The notes: generated by a model from the letters alone, not told the origin. DNA of 63,796 nt, filler included, from Olpidium bornovanus S191 (GCA_017911155.1; 33 parts of 33 records of this genome joined end to end with filler, not necessarily neighbours in it), one strand, 5' to 3'. Positions 35,056-47,407 are shown, numbered from the whole stretch's first letter. Numbers and translations: made by a program.

Positions 35056-36659
35056 GTGCGCATTTTTTGCAGCTTGCGGCCGAACGATTGCTTCGCGGCG
35101 ATTATGCTCGGCCGATCGCGACCCTAAACTTTGCTGCTTGGGCCGCCCGTTCTCTTTCCCCTACCNNNNNNNNNNNNNNNNNNNNNNNNNNNNNNNNNNN
35201 NNNNNNNNNTTAATTAATTAANNNNNNNNNNNNNNNNNNNNNNNNNNNNNNNNNNNNNNNNNNNNACCAGCGCCCAGGCAGGGGAGGCTCCGGAACGTGG
35301 TTGATTCCGATTTGCATTGCTTCCAGCCGTTGTTCGGCCTCAGATCCCGTTACCGCTTTTTCGACCGCGAGGGACTCGGGCCCATGGCCGGTGGCGAGCA
35401 GGGCTGGTGACATCGAGGTCCGGAGGTGTCAGTAATCCCAATTGCGCGCAGGGTTGTACGGTGGTTTCTGCATGCCCGCGGAGTGCCACCGGGATCCTTC
35501 CAGGTCTTGCGCCGCGTGATCTTCCAGCACACCTTAAGGCTGGAGGCTGCCGCCAGACTTGTGCGCGAGCACCGTGTCGACATTCCCCTCGCGTCTTGTT
35601 CCATGATGGTCTGTAAAAAAAGGTTGACTGGTTCTTCCGAAAACTTCGCTTCTGGTCGTACTTCCGTGTTTTTGTTGATTTGTCACGCCATGCCGTTCGA
35701 GGACCTCGTTGGCCGCGGGGTTCCAAAGGTTGCACGCCTTGCTTTGGCCCGAGGATCCCACGAGTATCAACTTCTCGGCCGTTGGCGCCGTCATGCCGCT
35801 GCCATCACGCTGGCCTGTTGAAAGGTGCCGCGAATTGCTACGCTGTGCTGTGGACACAAATCCAGAGGTCCTTAACATCGCTTTTGTCGCGGTTCCCGCC
35901 AAGCTAGGGAGAGGGGAATCTGTAGGAACTGCGCACCGGGCTGCCACGGCGGCACGTGGTTCCCCGCGTGCCGTCCTTCCGCCGCTGCCTGTGCGGTCGA
36001 GCGGTTGAGCCGGAGAGGCTTGACGACGGGAAGCCGCAGGGGAAGAGGGAGGGTTTGAGGGGTTTTGCAAGTGCGCAGGGTCTAGATCTTTCATGCGGGG
36101 GGGGGAGGGGGGGCTTTAGTGAAATTTTCTCTCTGGTTTCTCTGGCTGCCCTCCCATACCCCCCCGGGCGAAACGTACAGGACGTACAGGACGTACAGCG
36201 GGTGTGGGGAGGAGGGGAAGACGGTCGTCCCCCGTGAAGAACGTAGACGGTTTTTCGGGGTACGAAGGAGCTCTGCGCTGCCGGGGCTGTATTTCCGCCG
36301 CCTTTTGTTTACTCTATATGTGTACGGGAAGGGGAGCTACGGTCCAGGGGCGGAGAGTGCGCAGTGCCCCTTTGCTATGCCTCCCTCTTTCCAACACCCC
36401 GCCTCACTCATGGTCATCTATAAATTCTATAAATCGCCCCAAAGTGCCTTTGGTACCGTAATCTTGAGGCGGTTTGTCGGGGGGGGGNNNNNNNNNNNNN
36501 NNNNNNNNNNNNNNNNNNNNNNNNNNNNNNNTTAATTAATTAANNNNNNNNNNNNNNNNNNNNNNNNNNNNNNNNNNNNNNNNNNNNCGTTTCTTCTCTT
36601 TTCTTGTTCTTTTTTTTTGTTTTGTCGTTTTTTTTCGGGAATATCCTCGCCTCCCGCAG

Positions 36660-37243
36660 GCATCCACTACTTCTGTCATTCCGAGTACATCCAGACGTCG
36701 TCGACATGCCCGACGTGCTACAAGTCGCTCGGCAACATGTCCAACTTCAATGAGCGCATCGACGCCATGCTGGCGCAGCAGGTGATGCCGCCGGAATACG
36801 AAAACTTCGTCTCGCACATCCTTTGCAACGACTGCGAGATGCGGAGCGACGCGAAGTACCACTTCCTGTACCACAAGTGCGCCGGCTGCGGCTCGTACAA
36901 CACCAAGCTGCTCCAGACCTTGCAGGTTGACCCGGACGGCACCGCGTCGTCCGCGCCGCCCGCGGCGGGCGTCGGCGCGGCGGCCGACATGGCCCGCGAG
37001 CTGGAGCAGGCGTCGAACCCCTTGCCGGTGAGTCCCCTCCTCTTCAACCGCAGCTCCGCGTCCGACCGCGGGGCGGAGGGCACCGAACCCCTCGCCGGCG
37101 CCGGAGACGCCGGGTCCATCATCATCTCCAACTCGCGAATCCGATCCGGATCGGTCGCCAGCAGCCACAGGCCGTCCATCACCTCCACTGACGTCGTCCC
37201 CGTCACCACCATAATCGACTACGACGAGCCCGATTTCGAATGA
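36660..37243 (+). CDS. Pirh2/RCHY1-like RING-CHY E3 ligase, last exon
   Basis: CPTCYKSLGNM, QVMPPEYENF, ILCNDC, YHFLYHKCAGCGSYNT (C-terminal zinc ribbon), Ser-rich tail, TGA at 37241-37243. Confidence 0.9.
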
Positions 37244-37321
37244 GGTTTTGCCTCCCTCACCTGCTCCCCGCCACGCGCGTCACATACAAAAAGTACGACG
37301 AGAGCAGATTGTCGGGGAAAA

Positions 37322-37710
37322 TGTGTCTGAGAATCCCGGCTTCCCACAATTGCTTTCAAAGCCGTAAGCACCTTATCCCTGGACAGCACTAGAAGTCACA
37401 CCGAGCGGAACGCCATCAAAGAGCGCGTAATATTTTGATATCCAAATGCTCTCCGAAGTTCGGAGGAGGCTTGAGTTTTGCAGCTTCTAGAAACGCCTTG
37501 TTTACTGCAGCTTTGTACAGTGTAGATGTGATTAGAGTTGTTTTTTTTGCAGACGAACGTGAAGTGTGTCTGAGAATTCCGGCTTCCCGCAACAGCTTTT
37601 AAAGCCGTAAGCGCCTTATCCCTGGGCAGAAAAAAGTCACCACCGGGCGGAACGTCATGAAAGAGCGTGAAGAATCTGTTGAGATCCCAGTGCTCCCCGA
37701 AGTCCGGAGG
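37322..37710. repeat. Two diverged copies of a unit of about 145 bp, 243 bp apart
   Basis: TGTGTCTGAGAAT(C/T)CCGGCTTCCC...AAAGCCGTAAGC(A/G)CCTTATCCCTGG...GCGGAACG...CGAAGT(T/C)CGGAGG starts at 37322 and at 37565. Confidence 0.85.
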
Positions 37711-38284
37711 GGGCTCAGGAAGTATATTATGAGACTGCAGCAATCTGAAATGAATGAGCTTTGCGGCTTTCTGAGCNNNNNNNNNNNNNNNNNNNNNNNN
37801 NNNNNNNNNNNNNNNNNNNNTTAATTAATTAANNNNNNNNNNNNNNNNNNNNNNNNNNNNNNNNNNNNNNNNNNNNATGAGCGCTTACCAGGCAGCAGGC
37901 AACGCCACGGCGTTGACACAAAACGAGGAGCTAGGGGCGGTTGACAGTGAAGCTGCGGTGGCAGCGACCACGATCGCTGCAGACGAGAAGGTGCATGCAT
38001 CGAACCATTCCAAAGAAAGGAAAAAAAAAAAAAAAAAAAAAAAAACCGCACCCTCGAACCACCCTTCTCTGAGCGAAAGGAGCTCCGCCTTGCGTCCCGG
38101 CCGGCCCGCCACGAGGTGGCAGCAGGTCCCTGCGACTGGCCGTCGGGACGACGAAAAGAACACGCGCGCGAGCGAGCGCTTGCTCGAAAGCCCTGCGAAG
38201 TGCTGTGTCGTGGGGAGTGGCGTCTGAGCTCCGTCGCCATCGGCGGCATTGCCTCGAGACGCACGGCTGGCCCGCCGGGAGATC

Positions 38285-39721
38285 ATGAGCAGGGGAGTCG
38301 GCCACCGGCGCTTCTACAAGAATCTCAAGGACGAAGAGCCGCACCGGTCCCTGCAGCAAGGAGACCCGGACGACGCCGATGCCACCAGCGCAACGGCCGG
38401 CATCGGTGTCAGCCGTTCCGGTCGGTCTTCCGTGTCTGCCCCGCAAGCCGAGGCCGTAGCCCGGCTCCACCTCGACCTCACAGCTGCCCGCAGATCGTCA
38501 AATCAATGGTCACGGATGACGTCTCCGACCGCAGGACAAAACCAGCCGCACATTGTTCCCGGCGAAGAGGCGGTCGAAAACGCGTACTCGGCGGCGGTCA
38601 TCGCTGCGGCGCAGGCGTCGCGGGCCGGGTCTGCGGCGCTGGACCCGAAGGACCTGTTCTTCCCTCCCGTCGCCAATTTCCGCTTCTCTCTGGACACCCT
38701 CCGGGCCGAGAGGGACGCGGGCGCTGGCCCTCCACCGGTCAGCGGTAGCAGGTTGCCGCACCTCACCCACGCGGATAGAAACCTGCCGGCAGTGGGCGAC
38801 CCTCGCAGGCACGTATACCTGCTGATGGAGGACCCCAGCAGCTCGAGGCAGGCTTTCTTCGTTTCCACGTTCGTGAGCATTATGATATCCGTGTCGGCGG
38901 TTCTCACGGCCGTAGAGACCATGCCTGCGTTCCGCAACAGTTCGACGCCCCAGATCTGGTACGCAGTGGCCGAATTTTCGCAGAATGGGCGGGACAAAAT
39001 CAGCGTCTAGCCGTCGTCCTCCCGTACCTTGTTAACCCGTCAAGGCTAATTAGCGGATTGTTCCTACGGCATACAGGTTCTTGCTCGAGACCACGATCGT
39101 CGTCATTTTTGCCTTGGAGTATTTCCTACGAGCGTACGCGCACTCGCAGACTTTTCGCCACTTCTTTCGGTTCAGCTCCAGCTTCCTTGGCATCATAGAC
39201 GCCCTCTGCGTATTCCCGTACTTCTTTGAACTGGCATTCAATAAAGGAGAAACGGTGAGGCGCCGGAAACAAGTATAGGTGATTCCTGCGGTTCCCATCC
39301 TGTAACGCCTGACATGTGCTGTTCTTGCTTATTTGAAGACGTACGAGTTCCGCTTTACGATCCTGAGAGTGCGTTCTGCGAATATTCGGATATGTCGCCA
39401 GTCCGCCAGCAACTGGCCGTGACGCATGAATCCCATCTTGGCGTATTGTAGTTGTTTAGGCTTTTTCGAGTGTTTCGGGCGTTCAAGTATTCGTCCTTGA
39501 TCCAGGTGAGAAGAGAAAGCTAGGAAACCAGTGTCTGGATACGAAAGTTCAAAACTCAGCGGATTCGTCTCGCCTTGCCGCTTTAGATGTCCATTGAAGT
39601 CATGATTGTAGCCCTTAAGATGAGCACGGACGCTTTGCTGGCGCTGTTCTTTTTCAGCGGGATAGTCATCGTGACGTTCTCTTCTTTTCTCTACTTCGCG
39701 GAAAGAGGTACGATCTCGGCG
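38285..39721 (+). CDS. Voltage-gated potassium channel, Shaker-like S1-S5 (pore beyond contig end)
   Basis: VYLLMEDPSSSRQAF...AVETMP (S1), LETTIVVIFALEYFLR (S2), IIDALCVFPYFFE (S3), spliced S4 TILRLFRLFRVFRAFKYS, S5 LLALFFFSGIVIVTFSSFLYFAERG. Confidence 0.9.
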
Positions 39722-39825
39722 NNNNNNNNNNNNNNNNNNNNNNNNNNNNNNNNNNNNNNNNNNNNTTAATTAATTAANNNNNNNNNNNNNNNNNNNNNNN
39801 NNNNNNNNNNNNNNNNNNNNNCATG

Positions 39826-40010
39826 TGACATCGCTGCGCGTGTTGTGTCCCGATGCGATACAACGCGATATCAGCCTCCCACCGTGTCAGATGACATCGC
39901 ATCGTGACATTGTGCGACATTGCTGCACGCGTGGCGTCCTGACGCGATACAACGCGATATTGACCCCCCGCCGTGTCGGATGACATTATGTAGTGACATC
40001 CGGTGACATA
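39826..40010. repeat. 89-bp period direct repeat, 2 copies, rich in (T/C)GACAT
   Basis: GCGATACAACGCGATAT at 39855 and 39944, each followed by CCGTGTC(A/G)GATGACAT. Confidence 0.8.
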
Positions 40011-40235
40011 TCCCCCTTAGTGATGTTGGGCGATGTCGTGGGGGATCGGATGTGTATAAGTAATAAAGAACAAGAAAAAAAGCGACGCGCCACTTTTGGT
40101 GTGGGCAATGCTGGCCAATTGGGCACCCCTGATGAAGTGAAACGCGACGCGCGACCGTTTGCGAGCGCGCGCGGGGACCACGGACCGCCCGCCACGAGAA
40201 CAAACCGGCACGCGGTTCTGCCCAACCCCGAGGCC

Positions 40236-42081
40236 ATGAGCAAGGGGGAGAGGTCGAGGGTGCCGGCGACACTGATCTGCTTCCTGCTCATCGTAAGCGC
40301 GTGTCGCTTGTTGCACGTCGTGGCAGGGACCACCGACGGTGCGGTGCTGCGCCGTGTTTTGCGGACGCCGGAGACAACGGCTCCCGAAGTGTGGTTTTTC
40401 CGCGCCGGACGTGCGAGGAACCTTCAGTACGGTCAGCTCACCTAGGACTTAAGAAGCCTGCCGTCTGCGTGTTCGTGAAAGGCGGAAAAACGTGCGCTCT
40501 GGCGCCGTCTAACACGTGCTCCGCTTGCCGCGCTCCAATGCCGTCCCGACGTTTCCAGCTCATCAACGGCGCCGGCGCGGTGGCGCTGTTCTTGTACGGA
40601 GGTACGTGGCACGATCTCGTTTCCCAGGCATGTCGCCAGGATCTGACACTGAGTCAACGCGTTTTACGGCGGCTCTCGCTGCAGGGTTGTTCCTTCGCCG
40701 GCCGCACGAGCCCACTTACTTCGCCGCGTTCGCCTCCTTTATTGTCCTAGCCGTCTTATTCTTCGGTGTACGCGGGGTCCTGTCGGTGTGTGCTATGCGA
40801 TGACGGGACCGGTTGCTTAGAGTTTGGCGCGCCTACGGCTGTTGCAAAGACGTAGACTGGGCAGCAGCGCCAATTCACCGTGCGACGCGGCAATCTTTTG
40901 GCATCTTTGCGGGTAGACCTCCAACTTCAACGTACTCTATTCGCTTGCCAACCGTTATTGGCTGTTCATAATCCTCGTCCTCGTTCGCGGTGCCTTGTTC
41001 ATGTACGAGGTACTGGAACAACAGAGCTCCTCCGTTCCGGCCTGCGAGTCCGCGGCTAAATCTCCGTCTTCGGCGTTCGCGATTCCCGCCAATGCGCTAC
41101 ACACCATGTTCGGAAACTGCGCGTCGGCCGCGAAGGTTTGCTGATTGTGGCACTACTTAGCCGGCCGTTGCCCGGTGCAGAATCTTCGGCTCACCCTGGG
41201 CAATGCCGGCCGGAATCCGCACTTTCTTGCAGATGTTGTTCATCGCCGCCTCCGCTTTAATGGGTCTCGAAGCGCTCCTCCACGTCAGCCTTATGGTCAG
41301 CGCGAAAATTATTCTGCGCGCCCGTCGGGGCTCCGAAACGCCGCCCGCCTCCTTCGCCGGGAACAACACGACGACGCGGGGCCCGACTGGCTTGCGGTAC
41401 GACCAGGAGGAGAACGAGTTAGGCAAAAGCGAGCGCTCCACAGACTCGGCCGATACTTTCCGTCCATTCCAGGACGGAGCACACCTCCGTGCAGAGCCAT
41501 TCACGCGTATCGCCGTGCAGAAGCCTGCGGCGCAGAGCCTCCGCCCGGAAGCATATGATTCCGTGGCAAGCACTGCAGCGGCGGTTAATTGGAACCCGCT
41601 ATCACACCAGCACTTGGTTTTCGGAAACAGCAAGAGCGTCCAGACGTATTATACTCCGAGAAATCGGCAGGCACCCGCGTACCGGGGGAATCTACACCCC
41701 CTTCACGATGAGACAGGACTATCAATGTCCTTGCCGGCAAGTCCGGGTAAAGGGCAGCCTTTCGATAGCGACCACGATCGGCGTGCCCGTCTCGACGGGA
41801 AAAACTTCCGCTATCCGACCACGGCCGGCTTTGATTGCCGCTCGGAGGTTGGTCAACAGCTGCACTGGTACGCGGACCGCGGGCCTATTGTCACAGAAGG
41901 TTGGGAAGAACCGAGTCTGCGGAGTCCCAGGGATGTGTACGTTGACGGGAATACCAAGGACTCCCCCGAAAAGCTATCCGCTCATCGCCAACTTGGACGC
42001 GAGCCGGTCGTTGCTCGAAGCGTCTTCGGCCACGACACGCGGGGAGGCGGCATCGGAGCACCACCGCGACGGCACCGCTGA
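40236..42081 (+). CDS. Multi-pass membrane protein of unknown family with long hydrophilic C-tail (tentative exon model)
   Basis: Hydrophobic exon-like blocks flanked by AG/GT: VPATLICFLLI, LINGAGAVALFLYG, PTYFAAFASFIVLAVLFFG, RYWLFIILVLVRGALFMYE, FLQMLFIAASALMGLEALLHV. The open frame continues to 42081. Confidence 0.45.
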
Positions 42082-42379
42082 GTTCGTTGATAGAAGGGAC
42101 GGCGCAGCCAACAAAGCCGTGCGAGTACCGAGCGGCGGCGGCCCCGTCGTCGTCGGTGCCGGAGCGCCGTGGAACGCGGCTTTGGGCCAAACTTTTGAAA
42201 TCTTTTTTTTTTGTCCGCGTTTTATAACGTCGAAGCAAAGCGCAAAAATTCCACGGCGCGGTTTCTGTTTTTTTTTCAGCCTCATCACATACACCATCAA
42301 TTCATATATATATATACACACATTATATTTCCAGCCGCATTTCCTACTCCCCTCTTCTCCGCCTTCCCCGTCCCCACCA

Positions 42380-42437
<58 letters not shown>

Positions 42438-42608
42438 TTCTCTCTTTCTCTTTCGCCATCTCTTTCTCTCTCTCTCAATCTTTCTCTCTACGCCTCTCCC
42501 TCCTACTCNNNNNNNNNNNNNNNNNNNNNNNNNNNNNNNNNNNNNNNNNNNNTTAATTAATTAANNNNNNNNNNNNNNNNNNNNNNNNNNNNNNNNNNNN
42601 NNNNNNNN

Positions 42609-44555
42609 AGGGGGGGGGGGGGGGGGGGGGGGGGGATGGGCACGAAAGGGTTTCCTGATTTTTTCTGTTTTATCTCGAACCTTTTGAGCCAACGCGGCCG
42701 CGAGGTGCGTGGAGGGCTCCGTTTCCGGCGGGTAGTCGAAATCGATTTTCGTGTTCGGCTTCGCCTCCTTGTACTGCTTCTCTATGTACGAAGCGAGCTT
42801 TTGCGCCCGCTGGCACTGCATCCTCAGGGTCTCGTTCAGCGCGCCGGCCTGCTTGTTTTTGGTTTCCAACGCCGCGTGCTTCACGAGGAGCTCGCCGACC
42901 TGCCGTTCCATCTGCACGAATCGTTTGGACAACTTGTTCGTCGGAGGCGGGGGAGAGGGGGGTGGGGAGGTTAAGGAAAAGGGGTTTGTTAGCAAATTCG
43001 GATTTCGTTTTGCGTGGTGAGTGCTAAAGATTTCAGGGGAAGCGGCGCTGTCAAACTCCTCTCCGAGGAAATGACGCCCCGAAGAAACCCCGCCTCACTC
43101 TCCACAGAAAAAGAAAAGTCTTTTGTAAAGGTGAGATCAACGCAGAACCGGCCGCCCGGGACTCCCGCCGGAGCGTCCCCAAACACCCATCTCCCCCCCC
43201 CCCCCCCCAAACGCGCATTTTTGCCCGGGCACCCAGAAGAACCGGACCATCCTCCTCGCTCAGCCGGGCGCGAGAAGCGACGCTCGGGTTGTGGAGGGCC
43301 GGGCGCCACACACACACCTCCTCGAGTTTTCGTTTCAAAACCTGGTTCTCGCTCTCCCTGTGCGCCCGCTCGTGAGCAAGTTTTTCGATGGTCAGTTTCA
43401 TGCCGTCGATGTCTGCGGGGCAAAAACGCTTGACGTTGAGTATTTCGTGCCTGCCCAAAAAAAAAAAAAAAAAAAAAGAAAGAAAGAAAGAAAGAAAAGA
43501 AGGAGCAGGAAGCTACGCTTCTAGGAGTGTTAGGTGAAAAAAAAAAGTCCTTCTTACCCGGCGCCTCGTACGCCTCGGTGAGACGGTCCCCCCCGGGCAA
43601 GGGAGTGGGGCCGGCCGAACGCGCAGCGCCGTTTTCTTCCCTCGGGCCTCCTCCTCCTCCTTCCTCGCCGGGGGCGGGGCCGATCGCCGCCGCCGCCGCC
43701 GCCCCTTTCCCGGCGTTCGCGACCGCCGTCTTGGCCAGCAAGCCCGACAGCTTCTCGTACTCGCGCCGGAGTTCCACGTATTTCCTCTGGAAGGCGTCGC
43801 CGCGCGCCCTAAGCGCGAAATTCTCCTTCTGCAGGTCCTTCCTCTCCACGCTGATCCTGTCGAACCGCTCCTTGTTCAGGATGAATCGGCGCTCCATCGC
43901 CTGCGTCGACTTGACGTCCTCGCACTGCCGGTTGCGCAGCTGCTTCCTGTCGTCGTACAGCCGCCTGATTTCCGCTTTCAGCATTGCGACGGCTGTCTGT
44001 CCCGGTTTTGTTTCCGCGGCAGGCGATGAGGGAGGCGGAAGAAGAAGAAAAAAAAAAAAAAAGAGCGGGGGGGGTTTTTTTCGCGTGCGACAGGTTTCCA
44101 CGGGAGAGCGAGTGATGCTTAAATGCTCCGAGGGAAAAACGGAAATTGCACGAAAATAAAAATAGTTTGGATTCTGACCCCCCCCCCCACCCACCCCCCA
44201 CAAGGCCGCGTGTTGCAAATGACCCTCCACGCCCAAGTTCAGGTTCACTTACATCTTGATCATTTCTGCGTTCTTCCGTCTGCCTTCTCTGCTCCATCAG
44301 CCGATTCTCCAACACGAGCTGGTGGCAAGAAAAAGGACGCGACGTTGTCAGGGCATTTGGAAAAAAACCGGCGCGGAGGTTTTTGACCGGGTGGCGCAGA
44401 AAGGGCGGCCGGGGGGGGGGGGGGGGGGGGCAAATTGGCCCGGAGTCGCCGCCGTCTCACATTTTTCTGTTTGAGCTCGTCGACCAGCGGCTGGAGCTTC
44501 TTCAACTCGATGTACATCCGAGACGTCTCCATCCGCTGTTCGATCGCCCCATGCA
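42609..44555 (-). CDS. Coiled-coil protein of unknown family, multi-exon, partial
   Basis: Heptad-rich exons: RMYIELKKLQPLVDELKQK; MLKAEIRRLYDDRKQLR...YVELRREYEKL; MKLTIEKLAHER...LKRKLEE; FVQMERQVGELLVKH...LASYIEKQY. Confidence 0.6.
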
Positions 44556-44818
44556 GGAAGAAATTTGTGAAAAGTCTGGCGTGAGGTGCAAAAGGGGGGG
44601 GAGGAAAGGACGGGGGCCGGGAAAACAAAATGCGGGAGGGGCGGGCGAGGGTGAGCGAGGGCGCGGGGAGAAAATGCTCGGGAGAGCGGAGGGAGGGACG
44701 ACGCGGAGGAAGGTGAAGAGGAGGAGGAGAAGGGGCTGTTTTGGAGAAACGCGCGCGCGCGGGGGGGGGGGGGGGGGGGGGGGGGCCCCCCCCTCCCCCC
44801 CCCCCCCCCCCCCCCAAC

Positions 44819-44860
<42 letters not shown>

Positions 44861-45488
44861 NNNNNNNNNNNNNNNNNNNNNNNNNNNNNNNNNNNNNNNN
44901 NNNNTTAATTAATTAANNNNNNNNNNNNNNNNNNNNNNNNNNNNNNNNNNNNNNNNNNNNAAAAAAAAAAAATAAGAAAAAGAAAATCAAGGGACGTCCA
45001 CCTGAACCAGCCGCCGCAGGGAAAAAAAAAACCGCAATACGCGGTTGGGGACCCCGTGCGATGCAAAAACCTAAAACGCTCCGAGGTCCGTTTTTTTTAC
45101 CGGGCGCAAGCCCCGCGCTCCGGCCCGCCCTGAATTCCCCGGGACGCGCCGCCACCACTAACTGGGGAGGGACGGGGGCTTCTCCCGGTCCTGCTTTTTG
45201 AGGAAAACGGTTTTGCGCACGCTTAACGTAAAAAAAAAATCGTCGCGGGGAAAGCGGTAATACCTATTTCGGTCCCGAAAAAAAAAAACCAAAAAAAAAA
45301 CCAAAAATAGGCCACGGCGGACGCGCGCCCTGATAAAAAACCACGGCGGACGCGCGCCGGGATTAAATAAATTCGGGCTTTGTCTATGCGCGTTCAGAAA
45401 AAAAATTCTCGGAAGTGAGTGTGGGGGAAAAACCCTTGGATGCAAACAAAAACTTTTCGGAACCGCAGGAGAAGCGCAAAAGTCGCGG

Positions 45489-46459
45489 CTAGCCTATGGA
45501 AAGTAACGGCTGCAGCCGAGCGGCGACGCTGTTGCCCAAGATTTTGTGGACGGCCGCCGTGAAGTGGAGATCGTCCCAGAAGATGTGATCGTCCGGATTC
45601 GGGCAAAAGTTCAACGAGCCGAGGGGCGCGCTTTCTGGTTCGGCCATCGTGTCGATGCGCGACGTTCCGGAGACCGCCGAGCCGAACGTCAGGCACGGCG
45701 CGACTCTCACCTTGAAGTTCGCCAGCGAGTTCCGGAAAAATTCGTAGGTGGGGAAGACGTCGACAACGCGGGGGACTCCGGTGAGGTCTCCGCTGGCGAG
45801 CGCGCGAGCTTCCTTGTGCAGGACGCGGTTGAATATGAGCGTCCAATTCTTGGCCTTGAACTTCAGATCTTCGCTGCCGCCGGCAACGTGCGGGAAGGCC
45901 TCCAGCGGCGGCAGCTCGAAAAACAGCGTAAGCAGCCGGCCTCCGCTGGTCGCGGGGATGCGCGAGACCGCGTGGACGACGCGGCGCGCGGAGAAGCGGG
46001 CCTTGGAATTATTGTTGATGAAAAAGTCGTTGGCGCCCGCGAAGACGGCCAGGACGTTTGCCGGGACGGCGCCATCTATTGCAGCTGTGACCTGGTCGTA
46101 CAGGTCCGGGGGGGGGTCGGAAGGCCTTGGCTGGGCAAGCCGCCGGGGACGACGCGGTTTGCGGTGGTCGAGCAGGCGTAAGCGGCGGTGTAGACGCCAA
46201 GTTGGAGCTTCTCCGCGGCCACCTGGGACCACAGGCGGCCGTTGGACCAAACTCCGTCGGCGTAGGGCGGCGACGGCGGGCCTCTCCCTCCCGGGAGCGC
46301 GCAGGTGTTGCCGATGTCCGACCAGTCTTCGCCCAGCACCAGCAGGGTGCGTTGGGGAGGCGAGGCGGGGCCGGGGTCGGGGAAGGCCGCGCGGGCGACG
46401 GCGGTGGCCAGCGCGGCGAAGGCGAAGGCGGAGGGGGCGGCCGGTAAGCGGGCGAGCAT
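45489..46459 (-). CDS. Secreted GDSL/SGNH-fold protein lacking the catalytic Ser; apparent frameshift in a C9 run
   Basis: Signal-like MLARLPAAPSAFAFAALATAVARA; block I VLGEDWSDIGN; SNGRLW; block III AGANDF; block V FWDDLHFT. The two halves are joined by a 1-nt shift at 46108-46116. Intronless. Confidence 0.8.
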
Positions 46460-46677
46460 GTTTTTTTTGTTTATTTTGTTTTGTTTTGTTTTATGGTTTT
46501 TTTTTGATTTTTACATTTTGTTTTGTTTATGGTTTTTGTTGGTTTGTCACTTACCGCCCACTTTATAGCACGCGCCGNNNNNNNNNNNNNNNNNNNNNNN
46601 NNNNNNNNNNNNNNNNNNNNNTTAATTAATTAANNNNNNNNNNNNNNNNNNNNNNNNNNNNNNNNNNNNNNNNNNNN

Positions 46678-47407
46678 CATGGCGTAAATTTTGAGCAGAA
46701 ACGACCTCAGCAACGCGTCCAGTTCGAAGTCGTTGAAAGCGCCCGCTGTGCCGCTGGGTCCACAGCAAACAACGACGCTGTCAAAAACGGAAGCGATCCG
46801 TGTTCCTCCGAAAATCTCGCCCGCCTTCCGTTGCAAACCTTGGGGCAGCGCGACCGCTGCTTCCAGGTAATCTCCCAAACTCGAACACCCATCTCTCGAG
46901 CACCTTCCCGTTCCACGCAGCCTGTCGGTCGTGGTCGGCGGCTGTCCGGGGGCGCTCGTCAACCACGAGGCACATGAGTCGGTCCACGCGCCTGCCCTTG
47001 TTGATCTCCGCCTCCAGGTCCTTCGAGAATTCGTGCACGTATGCCACTAGCTTCGGGTGCCGCGGCGTAAAGATTGGTTGAGAATATTTCTGTGTTTTGG
47101 TAAAGAGTTCTGACGGATAAAAACGCGGAGGAGCCCGTTGAGGTTTGCAGTGGGAGGGGGGTGGTAAAGGGGGTGCAGCATGGCCACGAAGTCTGCCGAA
47201 CAGATTATATACCTCGCGGATACACGTTCCGTAGGTATAGAATCTGGTAGATCACGATTTGAACTGGCCAAAGGTGAAATCTGGCTTCAGCCCCGACTGC
47301 CGTTCCTGTCGACGCCATACAGCCTTACTCCTGGAAAGTCGAAAACGCTCGAACACGCAACTGAGCTCGCACAGGGTGCTCGTCGACGGGGCGACCACCT
47401 GAGGCAT
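46678..47407 (-). CDS. REV7: HORMA-domain DNA polymerase zeta subunit Rev7/MAD2L2 (3' truncated)
   Basis: QIVIYQILYLRNVYP; LFTKTQKYSQPIFTPRHPKLVAYV; VLERWVFEF; LDALLRSFLLKI. Confidence 0.82.

Noticed and set aside
35266-36487. ORF 35534-36094 (-) and an ACGTACAGG x3 repeat near 36173
   Set aside because: No motif recognised. The 9-bp repeat is ordinary slippage.
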